The notes beneath the pieces were generated by a model, which saw nothing but the letters and a program-made list of their open reading frames with translations, did no database searches and was not told the origin of the DNA. Made by a program: the position numbers and the translations under genes. From the human T2T-CHM13v2.0 reference genome, Homo sapiens: a stretch of DNA of 64,000 bases. Location: assembly GCF_009914755.1 (NCBI RefSeq), contig NC_060946.1. One strand, given 5' to 3'. This document shows, piece by piece, positions 42,701-54,465 of the stretch (positions are counted from its first letter, which is position 1; each line of letters opens with the position of its first letter).

Positions 42701-44799
42701 ATATTTCCCTTTTCACCATAGGCGTCAAGGCGCTCCAAATGTCCACTTCCAGATACTACAAAAAGAGTGTTTCAAACCTACTCTGTGAAAGGGAATATTC
42801 AACTCTGTGACTTGAATGCACATATCACAAAGAAGTTTCTGAGAATGTTTCTGTCGAGATTTTATATGAAGATATTCCCGTTTCCAACGAAATCCTGAAA
42901 TCTATCCAAATATCCCCTCGCAGATTCTACAAAAAGAGTGTTTCAAAACTGCTCTGTAAAAAGAAAGGTTCAACTCTGTTAGTTGAGTACACACATCACA
43001 AACAAGTTTCACAGAATGCTTCTTTCTAGCTTGTAGGGGAAGATATTCCCTTTATCACCATGGGCCTCAAACCGTCCGAAACGTCTACTTCCATATACTA
43101 CAAAAAGAGCGTTTCAAACCTGCTCTATGAAAGACAATGTTCAACTCTGTGACTTTAATGCAGACATCACAGAGCAGTTTCTGAGAATGCTTCTGTCTAG
43201 ATTTTATAGGAAGATATTCCCGTTTCCAACGAAATCTTCACAGCTATCCAAATATCCACTTGCAGATTCTACAAAAAGAGTCTATCAAAACTGCTCTGTC
43301 AAAAGGAAGGTTCTTCTCTGTTAGTTGAGTACATACGTCATAAAGGAGTTTCTGAGAATGTTTCTGTCTAGTGGTTATGGGAAGATATTTGCTTTTTCAC
43401 CTTAGGCCTCAGAGAGCTCCAAATATCCCCTTGCACATACTACAAAAAGAGTGCTTCAAAGCTGCTCTCTGAAAGGGAATGTTCAACTCTATGAGTTGAA
43501 TGCAAACATCACAAAGACGTTTCTGAGAATGCTTCTGTCTAGATTTGATATGAAGATATTCCCGTTTCCAACGAAATCTTCAAATCTATCCAAATGTCCA
43601 CTTGCAGATTCAACAAAAAGTGTTTTTCAGAACTGCTCTATCAAAAGAAAGATCCACCTCTGTTAGCTGAGTTCACACATCACAAACAAGTTTATGAAAA
43701 TGCTTCTGTCTAGTTTTTATTTGAAGATATTTCCTTTCTCACCATAGACCTGAAAGCTGTCCTAATGTTCACTTCCAGATACTACAGAAAGAGTGTTTCA
43801 AAACTGCTGTACGAAAGGGAATGTTCAACTCTGTGACTTGAATGCACACATCACAAAGAAGTTTCTGAGGATGCTGCTGTCTACTTTTTATACGTAATCC
43901 CGTTTCCAAGGAAATCCTCCAAGCTATCCAAATATCCACTTGCAGATTCCACAGAAAGACTGTTTCAAATCTGCTCAGTCAATAGAAAGGTTCAACTCTG
44001 TTAGCTGCGTGCATATATCCCAAAGAAGATTCTGAGATTGCTTCTGTCTAGTTTTTATGGGAAGATATTTCCCTTTTCACCGTAGGTGTCAAGGCGCTCC
44101 AAATGTCCACTTCCAGATACTACAAAAAGAGTGTTTCAAACCTACTCTGTGAAAGGGAATATTCAACTCTGTGACTTGAATGCAGATATCACAAAGAAGT
44201 TTCTGAGAATGCTTCTGTCGAGATTTTATATGAAGATATTCCCGTTTCCAACGAAATCCTGAAATCTATCGAAATATCCCCTCGCAGATTCTACAAAAAG
44301 AGTGTTTCAAAACTGCTCTGTAAAAAGAAAGGTTCAACTCTGTTAGTTGAGTACACACATCACAAACAAGTTTCACAGAATGCTTCTTTCTAGCTTGTAG
44401 GGGAAGATATTCCCTTTATCACCATGGGCCTCAAACCGTCCGAAACGTCCACTTCCATATACTACAAAAAGAGCGTTTCAAACCTGCTCTAGGAAAGGCA
44501 ATGTTCAACTCTGTGACTTGAATGCAGACATCACAGAGCAGTTTCTGAGAATGCTTCTGTCTAGATTTTATAGGAAGATATTCCCGTTTCCAACGAAATC
44601 TTCACAGCTATCCAAATATCCACTTGCAGATTCTACAAAAAGAGTGTATCAAAACTGCTCTGTCAAAAGGAAGGTTCTTCTCTGTTAGGTGAGTGCATAC
44701 GTCATAAAGGAGTTTCTGAGAATGTTTCTGTCTAGTGGTTATGGGAAGATATTTGCTTTTTCACCGTAGGCCTCACAGCGCTCCAAATATCCACTTGCA

Positions 44800-47700
44800 C
44801 ATACTACAAAAAGAGTGCTTCAAAGCTGCTCTCTGAAAGGGAATGTTCAACTCTATGAGTTGAATGCAAACATCACAAAGACGTTTCTGAGAATGCTTCT
44901 GTCTAGATTTGATATGAAGATATTCCCGTTTCCAACGAAATCTTCAAATCTATCCAAATGTCCACTTGCAGATTCAACAAAAAGTGTTTTTCAAAACTGC
45001 TGTATCAAAAGAAAGATCCACGTCTGTTAGCTGAGTTCACACATCACAAACAAGTTTATGAGAATGCTTCTGTCTAGTTTTTATTTGAAGATATTTCCTT
45101 TCTCACCATAGACCTGAAAGCTGTCCTAATGTTCACTTCCAGATACTACAGAAAGAGTGTTTCAAAACTGCTGTACGAAAGGGAATGTTCAACTCTGTGA
45201 CTTGAATGCACACATCACAAAGAAGTTTCTGAGGATGCGGCTGTCTACTTTTTATACGTAATCCCGTTTCCAACGAAATCCTCCAACTATCCAAATATCC
45301 ACTTGCAGATTCCACAGAAAGACTGTTTCAAAACTGCTCTGTCAATAGAAAGGTTCAACTCTGTTAGCTGCGTGCATATATCCCAAAGAAGATTCTGAGA
45401 TTGCTTCTGTCTAGTTTTTATGGGAAGATATTTCCCTTTTCACCTTAGGCGTCAAGGCGCTCCAAATGTCCACTTCCAGATACTACAAAAAGAGTGTTTC
45501 AAACCTACTCTGTGAAAGGGAATATTCAACTCTGTGACTTGAATGCACATATCACAAAGAAGTTTCTGAGAATGCTTCTGTCGAGATTTTATATGAAGAT
45601 ATTCCCGTTTCCAACGAAATCATTAAATCTATCCAAATATCCCCTCGCAGATATTACAAAAAGAGTGTTTCAAAACTGCTCTGTAAAAAGAAAGGTTCAA
45701 CTCTGTTAGTTGAGTACACACATCACAAACAAGTTTCACAGAATGCTTCTTTCTAGCTTGTAGGGGAAGATATTCCCTTTATCACCATGGGCCTCAAACC
45801 GTCCGAAACGTCCACTTCCATATACTACAAAAAGAGCGTTTCAAACCTGCTCTAGGAAAAGCAATGTTCAACTCTGTGACTTGAATGCAGACATCACAGA
45901 GCAGTTTCTGAGAATGCTTCTGTCTAGATTTTTTAGGAAGATATTCCCGTTTCCAACGAAATCTTCACAGCTATCCAAATATCCACTTGCAGATTCTACA
46001 AAAAGAGTGTATCAAAACTGCTCTGTCAAAAGGAAGGTTCTTCTCTGTTAGGTGAGTGCATACGTCATAAAGGAGTTTCTGAGAATGTTTCTGTCTAGTG
46101 GTTATGGGAAGATATTTGCTTTTTCACCGTAGGCCTCACAGCGCTCCAAATATCCACTTGCACATACTACAAAAAGAGTGCTTCAAAGCTGCTCTCTGAA
46201 AGGGAATGTTCAACTCTATGAGTTGAATGCAAACATCACAAAGACGTTTCTGAGAATGCTTCTGTCTAGATTTGATATGAAGATATTCCCGTTTCCAACG
46301 AAATCTTCAAATCTATCCAAATGTCCACTTGCAGATTCAACAAAAAGTGTTTTTCAGAACTGCTCTATCAAAAGAAAGATCCACCTCTGTTAGCTGAGTT
46401 CACACATCACAAACAAGTTTATGAAAATGCTTCTGTCTAGTTTTTATTTGAAGATATTTCCTTTCTCACCATAGACCTGAAAGCTGTCCTAATGTTCACT
46501 TCCAGATACTACAGAAAGAGTGTTTCAAAACTGCTGTACGAAAGGGAATGTTCAACTCTGTGACTTGAATGCACACATCACAAAGAAGTTTCTGAGGATG
46601 CTGCTGTCTACTTTTTATACGTAATCCCGTTTCCAACGAAATCCTCCAATCTATCCAAATATCCACTTGCAGATTCCACAGAAAGACTGTTTCAAATCTG
46701 CTCAGTCAATAGAAAGGTTCAATTCTGTTAGCTGCGTGCATATATCACAAAGAAGATTCTGAGATTGCTTCTGTCTAGTTTTTATGGGAAGATATTTCCC
46801 TTTTCACCGTAGGCGTCAAGGCGCTCCAAATATCCACTTCCAGATACTACAAAAAGAGTGTTTCAAACCTACTCTGTGAAAGGGAATATTCAACTCTGTG
46901 ACTTGAATGCAGATATCACAAAGAAGTTTCTGAGAATGCTTCTGTCGAGATTTTATATGAAGATATTCCCGTTTCCAACGAAATCCTGAAATCTATCCAA
47001 ATATCCCCTCGCAGATTCTAGAAAAAGAGTGTTTCAAAACTGCTCTGTAAAAAGAAAGGTTCAACTCTGTTAGTTGAGTACACACATCACAAACAAGTTT
47101 CACAGAATGCTTCTTTCTAGCTTGTAGGGGAAGATATTCCCTTTATCACCATGGGCCTCAAACCGTCCGAAACGTCAACTTCCATATACTACAAAAAGAG
47201 CGTTTCAAACCTGCTCTATGAAAGGCAATGTTCAACTCTGTGACTTGAATGCAGACATCACAGAGCAGTTTCTGAGAATGCTTCTGTCTAGATTTTATAG
47301 GAAGATATTCCCGTTTCCAACGAAATCTTCACAGCTATCCAAATATCCACTTGCAGATTCTACAAAAAGAGTGTATCAAAACTGCTCTGTCAAAAGGAAG
47401 GTTCTTCTCTGTTAGGTGAATGCATACGTCATAAAGGAGTTTCTGAGAATGTTTCTGTCTAGTGGTTATGGGAAGATATTTGCTTTTTCACCTTAGGCCT
47501 CAGAGCGATCCAAATATCCACTTGCACATACTACAAAAAGAGTGCTTCAAAGCTGCTCTCTGAAAGTGAATGTTCAACTCTATGAGTTGAATGCAAACAT
47601 CACAAAGACGTTTCTGAGAATGCTTCTGTCTAGATTTGATATGAAGATATTCCCGTTTCCAACGAAATCTTCAAATCTATCCAAATGTCCACTTGCAGAT

Positions 47701-50260
47701 TCAACAAAAAGTGTTTTTCAAAACTGCTGTATCAAAAGAAAGATCCACGTCTGTTAGCTGAGTTCACACATCACAAACAAGTTTATGAGAATGCTTCTGT
47801 CTAGTTTTTATTTGAAGATATTTCCTTTCTCACCATAGACCTGAAAGCTGTCCTAATGTTCACTTCCAGATACTACAGAAAGAGTGTTTCAAAACTGCTG
47901 TACGAAAGGGAATGTTCAACTCTGTGACTTGAATGCACACATCACAAAGAAGTTTCTGAGGATGCGGCTGTCTACTTTTTATGCGTAATCCCGTTTCCAA
48001 CGAAATCCTCCAACTATCCAAATATCCACTTGCAGATTCCACAGAAAGACTGTTTCAAAACTGCTCTGTCAATAGAAAGTTTCAACTCTGTTAGCTGCGT
48101 GCATATATCCCAAAGAAGATTCTGAGATTGCTTCTGTCTAGTTTTTATGGGAAGATATTTCCCTTTTCACCTTAGGCGTCAAGGCGCTCCAAATGTCCAC
48201 TTCCAGATACTACAAAAAGAGTGTTTCAAACCTACTCTGTGAAAGGGAATATTCAACTCTGTGACTTGAATGCACATATCACAAAGAAGTTTCTGAGAAT
48301 GCTTCTGTCGAGATTTTATATGAAGATATTCCCGTTTCCAACGAAATCATTAAATCTATCCAAATATCCCCTCGCAGATATTACAAAAAGAGTGTTTCAA
48401 AACTGCTCTGTAAAAAGAAAGGTTCAACTCTGTTAGTTGAGTACACACATCACAAACAAGTTTCACAGAATGCTTCTTTCTAGCTTGTAGGGGAAGATAT
48501 TCCCTTTATCACCATGGGCCTCAAACCGTCCGAAACGTCCACTTCCATATACTACAAAAAGAGCGTTTCAAACCTGCTCTAGGAAAAGCAATGTTCAACT
48601 CTGTGACTTGAATGCAGACATCACAGAGCAGTTTCTGAGAATGCTTCTGTCTAGATTTTTTAGGAAGATATTCCCGTTTCCAACGAAATCTTCACAGCTA
48701 TCCAAATATCCACTTGCAGATTCTACAAAAAGAGTGTATCAAAACTGCTCTGTCAAAAGGAAGGTTCTTCTCTGTTAGGTGAGTGCATACGTCATAAAGG
48801 AGTTTCTGAGAATGTTTCTGTCTAGTGGTTATGGGAAGATATTTGCTTTTTCACCGTAGGCCTCACAGCGCTCCAAATATCCACTTGCACATACTACAAA
48901 AATAGTGCTTCAAAGCTGCTCTCTGAAAGGGAATGTTCAACTCTATGAGTTGAATGCAAACATCACAAAGACGTTTCTGAGAATGCTTCTGTCTAGATTT
49001 GATATGAAGATATTCCCGTTTCCAACGAAATCTTCAAATCTATCCAAATGTCCACTTGCAGATTCAACAAAAAGTGTTTTTCAGAACTGCTCTATCAAAA
49101 GAAAGATCCACCTCTGTTAGCTGAGTTCACACATCACAAACAAGTTTATGAAAATGCTTCTGTCTAGTTTTTATTTGAAGATATTTCCTTTCTCACCATA
49201 GACCTGAAAGCTGTCCTAATGTTCACTTCCAGATACTACAGAAAGAGTGTTTCAAAACTGCTGTACGAAAGGGAATGTTCAACTCTGTGACTTGAATGCA
49301 CACATCACAAAGAAGTTTCTGAGGATGCTGCTGTCTACTTTTTATACGTAATCCCGTTTCCAACGAAATCCTCCAATCTATCCAAATATCCACTTGCAGA
49401 TTCCACAGAAAGACTGTTTCAAATCTGCTCAGTCAATAGAAAGGTTCAACTCTGTTAGCTGCGTGCATATATCACAAAGAAGATTCTGAGATTGCTTCTG
49501 TCTAGTTTTTATGGGAAGATATTTCCCTTTTCACCGTAGGCGTCAAGGCGCTCCAAATATCCACTTCCAGATACTACAAAAAGAGTGTTTCAAACCTACT
49601 CTGTGAAAGGGAATATTCAACTCTGTGACTTGAATGCAGATATCACAATGAAGTTTCTGAGAATGCTTCTGTCGAGATTTTATATGAAGATATTCCCGTT
49701 TCCAACGAAATCCTGAAATCTATCCAAATATCCCCTCGCAGATTCTAGAAAAAGAGTGTTTCAAAACTGCTCTGTAAAAAGAAAGGTTCAACTCTGTTAG
49801 TTGAGTACACACATCACAAACAAGTTTCACAGAATGCTTCTTTCTAGCTTGTAGGGGAAGATATTCCCTTTATCACCATGGGCCTCAAACCGTCCGAAAC
49901 GTCAACTTCCATATACTACAAAAAGAGCGTTTCAAACCTGCTCTATGAAAGGCAATGTTCAACTCTGTGACTTGAATGCAGACATCACAGAGCAGTTTCT
50001 GAGAATGCTTCTGTCTAGATTTTATAGGAAGATATTCCCGTTTCCAACGAAATCTTCACAGCTATCCAAATATCCACTTGCAGATTCTACAAAAAGAGTG
50101 TATCAAAACTGCTCTGTCAAAAGGAAGGTTCTTCTCTGTTAGGTGAATGCATACGTCATAAAGGAGTTTCTGAGAATGTTTCTGTCTAGTGGTTATGGGA
50201 AGATATTTGCTTTTTCACCTTAGGCCTCAGAGCGATCCAAATATCCACTTGCACATACTA
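44800..50260. repeat. 2-HOR (2727 bp) tandem duplication
   Basis: gatgcggctg, the 1-bp deletion ctccaactat, cattaaatct, atattacaaa, ttttaggaag and ttctagaaaa recur at +2727. Confidence 0.9.
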
Positions 50261-50377
50261 CAAAAAGAGTGCCTCAAAGCTGCTCTCTGAAACGGAATGT
50301 TCAACTCTATGAGTTGAATGCAAACATCACAAAGACGTTTCTGAGAAAGCTTCTGTCTAGACTTGATATGAAGATAT

Positions 50378-53300
50378 TCCCGTTTCCAACGAAATCTTCA
50401 AATCTATCCAAATGTCCACTTGCAGATTCAACAAAAAGTGTTTTTCAGAACTGCTCTATCAAAAGAAAGATCCACCTCTGTTAGCTGAGTTCACACATCA
50501 CAAACAAGTTTATGAGAATGCTTCTGTCTAGTTTTTATTTGAAGATATTTCCTTTCTCACCATAGACCTGAAAGCTGTCCTAATGTTCACTTCCAGATAC
50601 TACAGAAAGAGTGTTTCAAAACTGCTGTACGAAAGGGAATGTTCAACTCTGTGACTTGAATGCCCACATCACAAAGATGTTTCTGAGGATGCTGCGGTCT
50701 ACTTTTTATACGTAATCCCGTTTCCAACGAAATCCTCCAAGCTATCCAAATATCCACTTGCAGATTCCACAGAAAGACTGTTTCAAAACTGCTCTGTCAA
50801 TAGAAAGGTTCAACTCTGTTAGCTGCGTGCATATATCCCAAAGAAGATTCTGAGATTGCTTCTGTCTATTTTTTATGGGAAGATATTTCCCTTTTCACCG
50901 TAGGTGTCAAGGCGCTCCAAATGTCCACTTCCAGATATTACAAAAAGAGTGTTTCAAACCTACTCTGTGAAAGGGAATATTCAACTCTGTGACTTGAATG
51001 CAGATATCACAAAGAAGTTTCTGAGAATGCTTCTGTCGAGATTTTATATGAAGATATTCCCGTTTCCAACGAAATCCTGAAATCTATCCAAATATCCCCT
51101 CGCAGATTCTACAAAAAGAGTGTTTCAAAACTGCTCTGTAAAAAGAAAGGTTCAACTCTGTTAGTTGAGTACACACATCACAAACAAGTTTCACAGAATG
51201 CTTCTTTCTAGCTTGTAGGGGAAGATATTCCCTTTATCACCATGGGCCTCAAACCGTCCGAAACGTCTACTTCCATATACTACAAAAAGAGCGTTTCAAA
51301 CCTGCTCTATGAAAGGCAATGTTCAACTCTGTGACTTGAATGCAGACATCACAGAGCAGTTTCTGAGAATGCTTCTGTCTAGATTTTATAGGAAGATATT
51401 CCCGTTTCCAACGAAATCTTCACAGCTATCCAAATATCCACTTGCAGATTCTACAAAAAGAGTGTATCAAAACTGCTCTGTCAAAAGGAAGGTTCTTCTC
51501 TGTTAGTTGAGTACATACGTCATAAAGGAGTTTCTGAGAATGTTTCTGTTTAGTGGTTATGGGAAGATATTTGCTTTTTCACCTTAGGCCTCAGAGCGCT
51601 CCAAATATCCCCTTGCACATACTACAAAAAGAGTGCTTCAAAGCTGCTCTCTGAAACGGAATGTTCAACTCTATGAGTTGAATGCAAACATGACAAAGAC
51701 GTTTCCGAGAATGCTTCTGTCTAGATTTGATATGACGATATTCCCGTTTCCAACGAAATCTTCAAATCTATCCAAATGTCCACTTGCAGATTCAACAAAA
51801 CGTGTTTTTCAGAACTGCTCTATCAAAAGAAAGATCCACCTCTGTTAGCTGAGTTCACACATCACAAACAAGTTTATGACAATGCTTCTGTCTAGTTTTT
51901 ATTTGAAGATATTTCCTTTCTCACCATAGACCTGAAAGCTGTCCTAATGTTCACTTCCAGATACTACAGAAAGAGTGTTTCAAAACTGCTGTACTAAAGG
52001 GAATGTTCAACTCTGTGACTTGAATGCACACATCACAAAAAAGTTTCTGAGGATGCTGCTGTCTACTTTTTATACGTAATCCCGTTTCCAACGAAATCCT
52101 CCAAGCTATCCAAATATCCACTTGCAGATTCCACAGAAAGACTGTTTCAAAACTGCTCTGTCAATAGAAAGGTTCAACTCTGTTAGCTGCGTGCATATAT
52201 CCCAAAGAAGATTCTGAGATTGCTTCTGTCTACTTTTTATGAGAAGATATTTCCCTTTTCACCGTAGGCGTCAAGGCGCTCCAAATGTCCATTTCCAGAT
52301 ACTACAAAAAGAGTGTTTCAAACCTACTCTGTGAAAGGGAATATTCAACTCTGTGACTTGAATGCACATATCACAAAGAAGCTTCTGAGAATGCTTCTGT
52401 CGAGATTTTATATGAAGATATTCCCGTTTCCAACGAAATCTTCAAATCTATCCAAATGTCCACTTGCAGATTCAACAAAAAGTGTTTTTCAGAACTGCTC
52501 TATCAAAAGAAAGATCCACCTCTGTTAGCTGAGTTCACACATCACAAACAAGTTGATGAGAATGCTTCTGTCTAGTTTTTATTTGAAGATATTTCCTTTC
52601 TCACCATAGACCTGAAAGCTGTCCTAATGTTCACTTCCAGATACTACAGAAAGAGTGTTTCAAAACTGCTGTACGAAAGGGAATGTTCAACTCTGTGACT
52701 TGAATGCCCACATCACAAAGATGTTTCTGAGGATGCTGCGGTCTACTTTTTATACGTAATCCCGTTTCCAACGAAATCCTCCAAGCTATCCAAATATCCA
52801 CTTGCAGATTCCACAGAAAGACTGTTTCAAAACTGCTCTGTCAATAGAAAGGTTCAACTCTGTTAGCTGCGTGCATATATCCCAAAGAAGATTCTGAGAT
52901 TGCTTCTGTCTATTTTTTATGGGAAGATATTTCCCTTTTCACCGTAGGTGTCAAGTCGCTCCAAATGTCCACTTCCAGATACTACAAAAAGAGTGTTTCA
53001 AACCTACTCTGTGAAAGGGAATATTCAACTCCGTGACTTGAATGCAGATATCACAAAGAAGTTTCTGAGAATGCTTCTGTCGAGATTTTATATGAAGATA
53101 TTCCCGTTTCCAACGAAATCCTGAAATCTATCCAAATATCCCCTCGCAGATTCTACAAAAAGAGTGTTTCAAAACTGCTCTGTAAAAAGAAAGGTTCAAC
53201 TCTCTTAGTTGAGTACACACATCACAAACAAGTTTCACAGAATGCTTCTTTCTAGCTTGTAGGGGAAGATATTCCCTTTATCACCATGGGCCTCAAACCG

Positions 53301-54465
53301 TCCGAAACGTCTACTTCCATATACTACAAAAAGAGCGTTTCAAACCTGCTCTAGGAAAGGCAATGTTCAACTCTGTGACTTGAATGCAGACATCACAGAG
53401 CAGTTTCTGAGAATGCTTCTGTCTAGATTTTATAGGAAGATATTCCCGTTTCCAACGAAATCTTCACAGCTATCCAAATATCCACTTGCAGATTCTACAA
53501 AAAGAGTGTATCAAAACTGCTCTGTCAAAAGGAAGGTTCTTCTCTGTTAGTTGAGTACATACGTCATAAAGGAGTTTCTGAGAATGTTTCTGTTTAGTGG
53601 TTATGGGAAGATATTTGCTTTTTCACCTTAGGCCTCAGAGCGCTCCAAATATCCCCTTGCACATACTACAAAAAGAGTGCTTCAAAGCTGCTCTCTGAAA
53701 CGGAATGTTCAACTCTATGAGTTGAATGCAAACATCACAAAGACGTTTCCGAGAATGCTTCTGTCTAGATTTGATATGACGATATTCCCGTTTCCAACGA
53801 AATCTTCAAATCTATCCAAATGTCCACTTGCAGATTCAACAAAACGTGTTTTTCAGAACTGCTCTATCAAAAGAAAGATCCACCTCTGTTAGCTGAGTTC
53901 ACACATCACAAACAAGTTTATGACAATGCTTCTGTCTAGTTTTTATTTGAAGATATTTCCTTTCTCACCATAGACCTGAAAGCTGTCCTAATGTTCACTT
54001 CCAGATACTACAGAAAGAGTGTTTCAAAACTGCTGTACTAAAGGGAATGTTCAACTCTGTGACTTGAATGCACACATCACAAAAAAGTTTCTGAGGATGC
54101 TGCTGTCTACTTTTTATACGTAATCCCGTTTCCAACGAAATCCTCCAAGCTATCCAAATATCCACTTGCAGATTCCACAGAAAGACTGTTTCAAAACTGC
54201 TCTGTCAATAGAAAGGTTCAACTCTGTTAGCTGCGTGCATATATCCCAAAGAAGATTCTGAGATTGCTTCTGTCTACTTTTTATGAGAAGATATTTCCCT
54301 TTTCACCGTAGGCGTCAAGGCGCTCCAAATGTCCACTTCCAGATACTACAAAAAGAGTGTTTCAAACCTACTCTGTGAAAGGGAATATTCAACTCTGTGA
54401 CTTGAATGCACATATCACAAAGAAGCTTCTGAGAATGCTTCTGTCGAGATTTTATATGAAGATAT
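50378..54465. repeat. 2044-bp (12-monomer) tandem duplication
   Basis: Private variants repeat at a 2044-bp offset: tgcccacatc...aagatgt...gctgcgg at 50661/52705, tttatgacaat at 51877/53921, gtactaaagg at 51991/54035. Confidence 0.85.
51742..52421 (-). repeat. Structural-variant HOR: 4-monomer (680 bp) unit ending in a hybrid monomer
   Basis: The period drops from 1364 to 680 once (51633 to 52313). The cgagatttta (position 2) monomer runs directly into ttcaaatctatccaaatgtcc (position 4) at 52410-52441. Confidence 0.95.

Noticed and set aside
52313-52528. Chimeric 71-aa ORF
   Set aside because: It is a by-product of the hybrid monomer junction, useful only as a marker.
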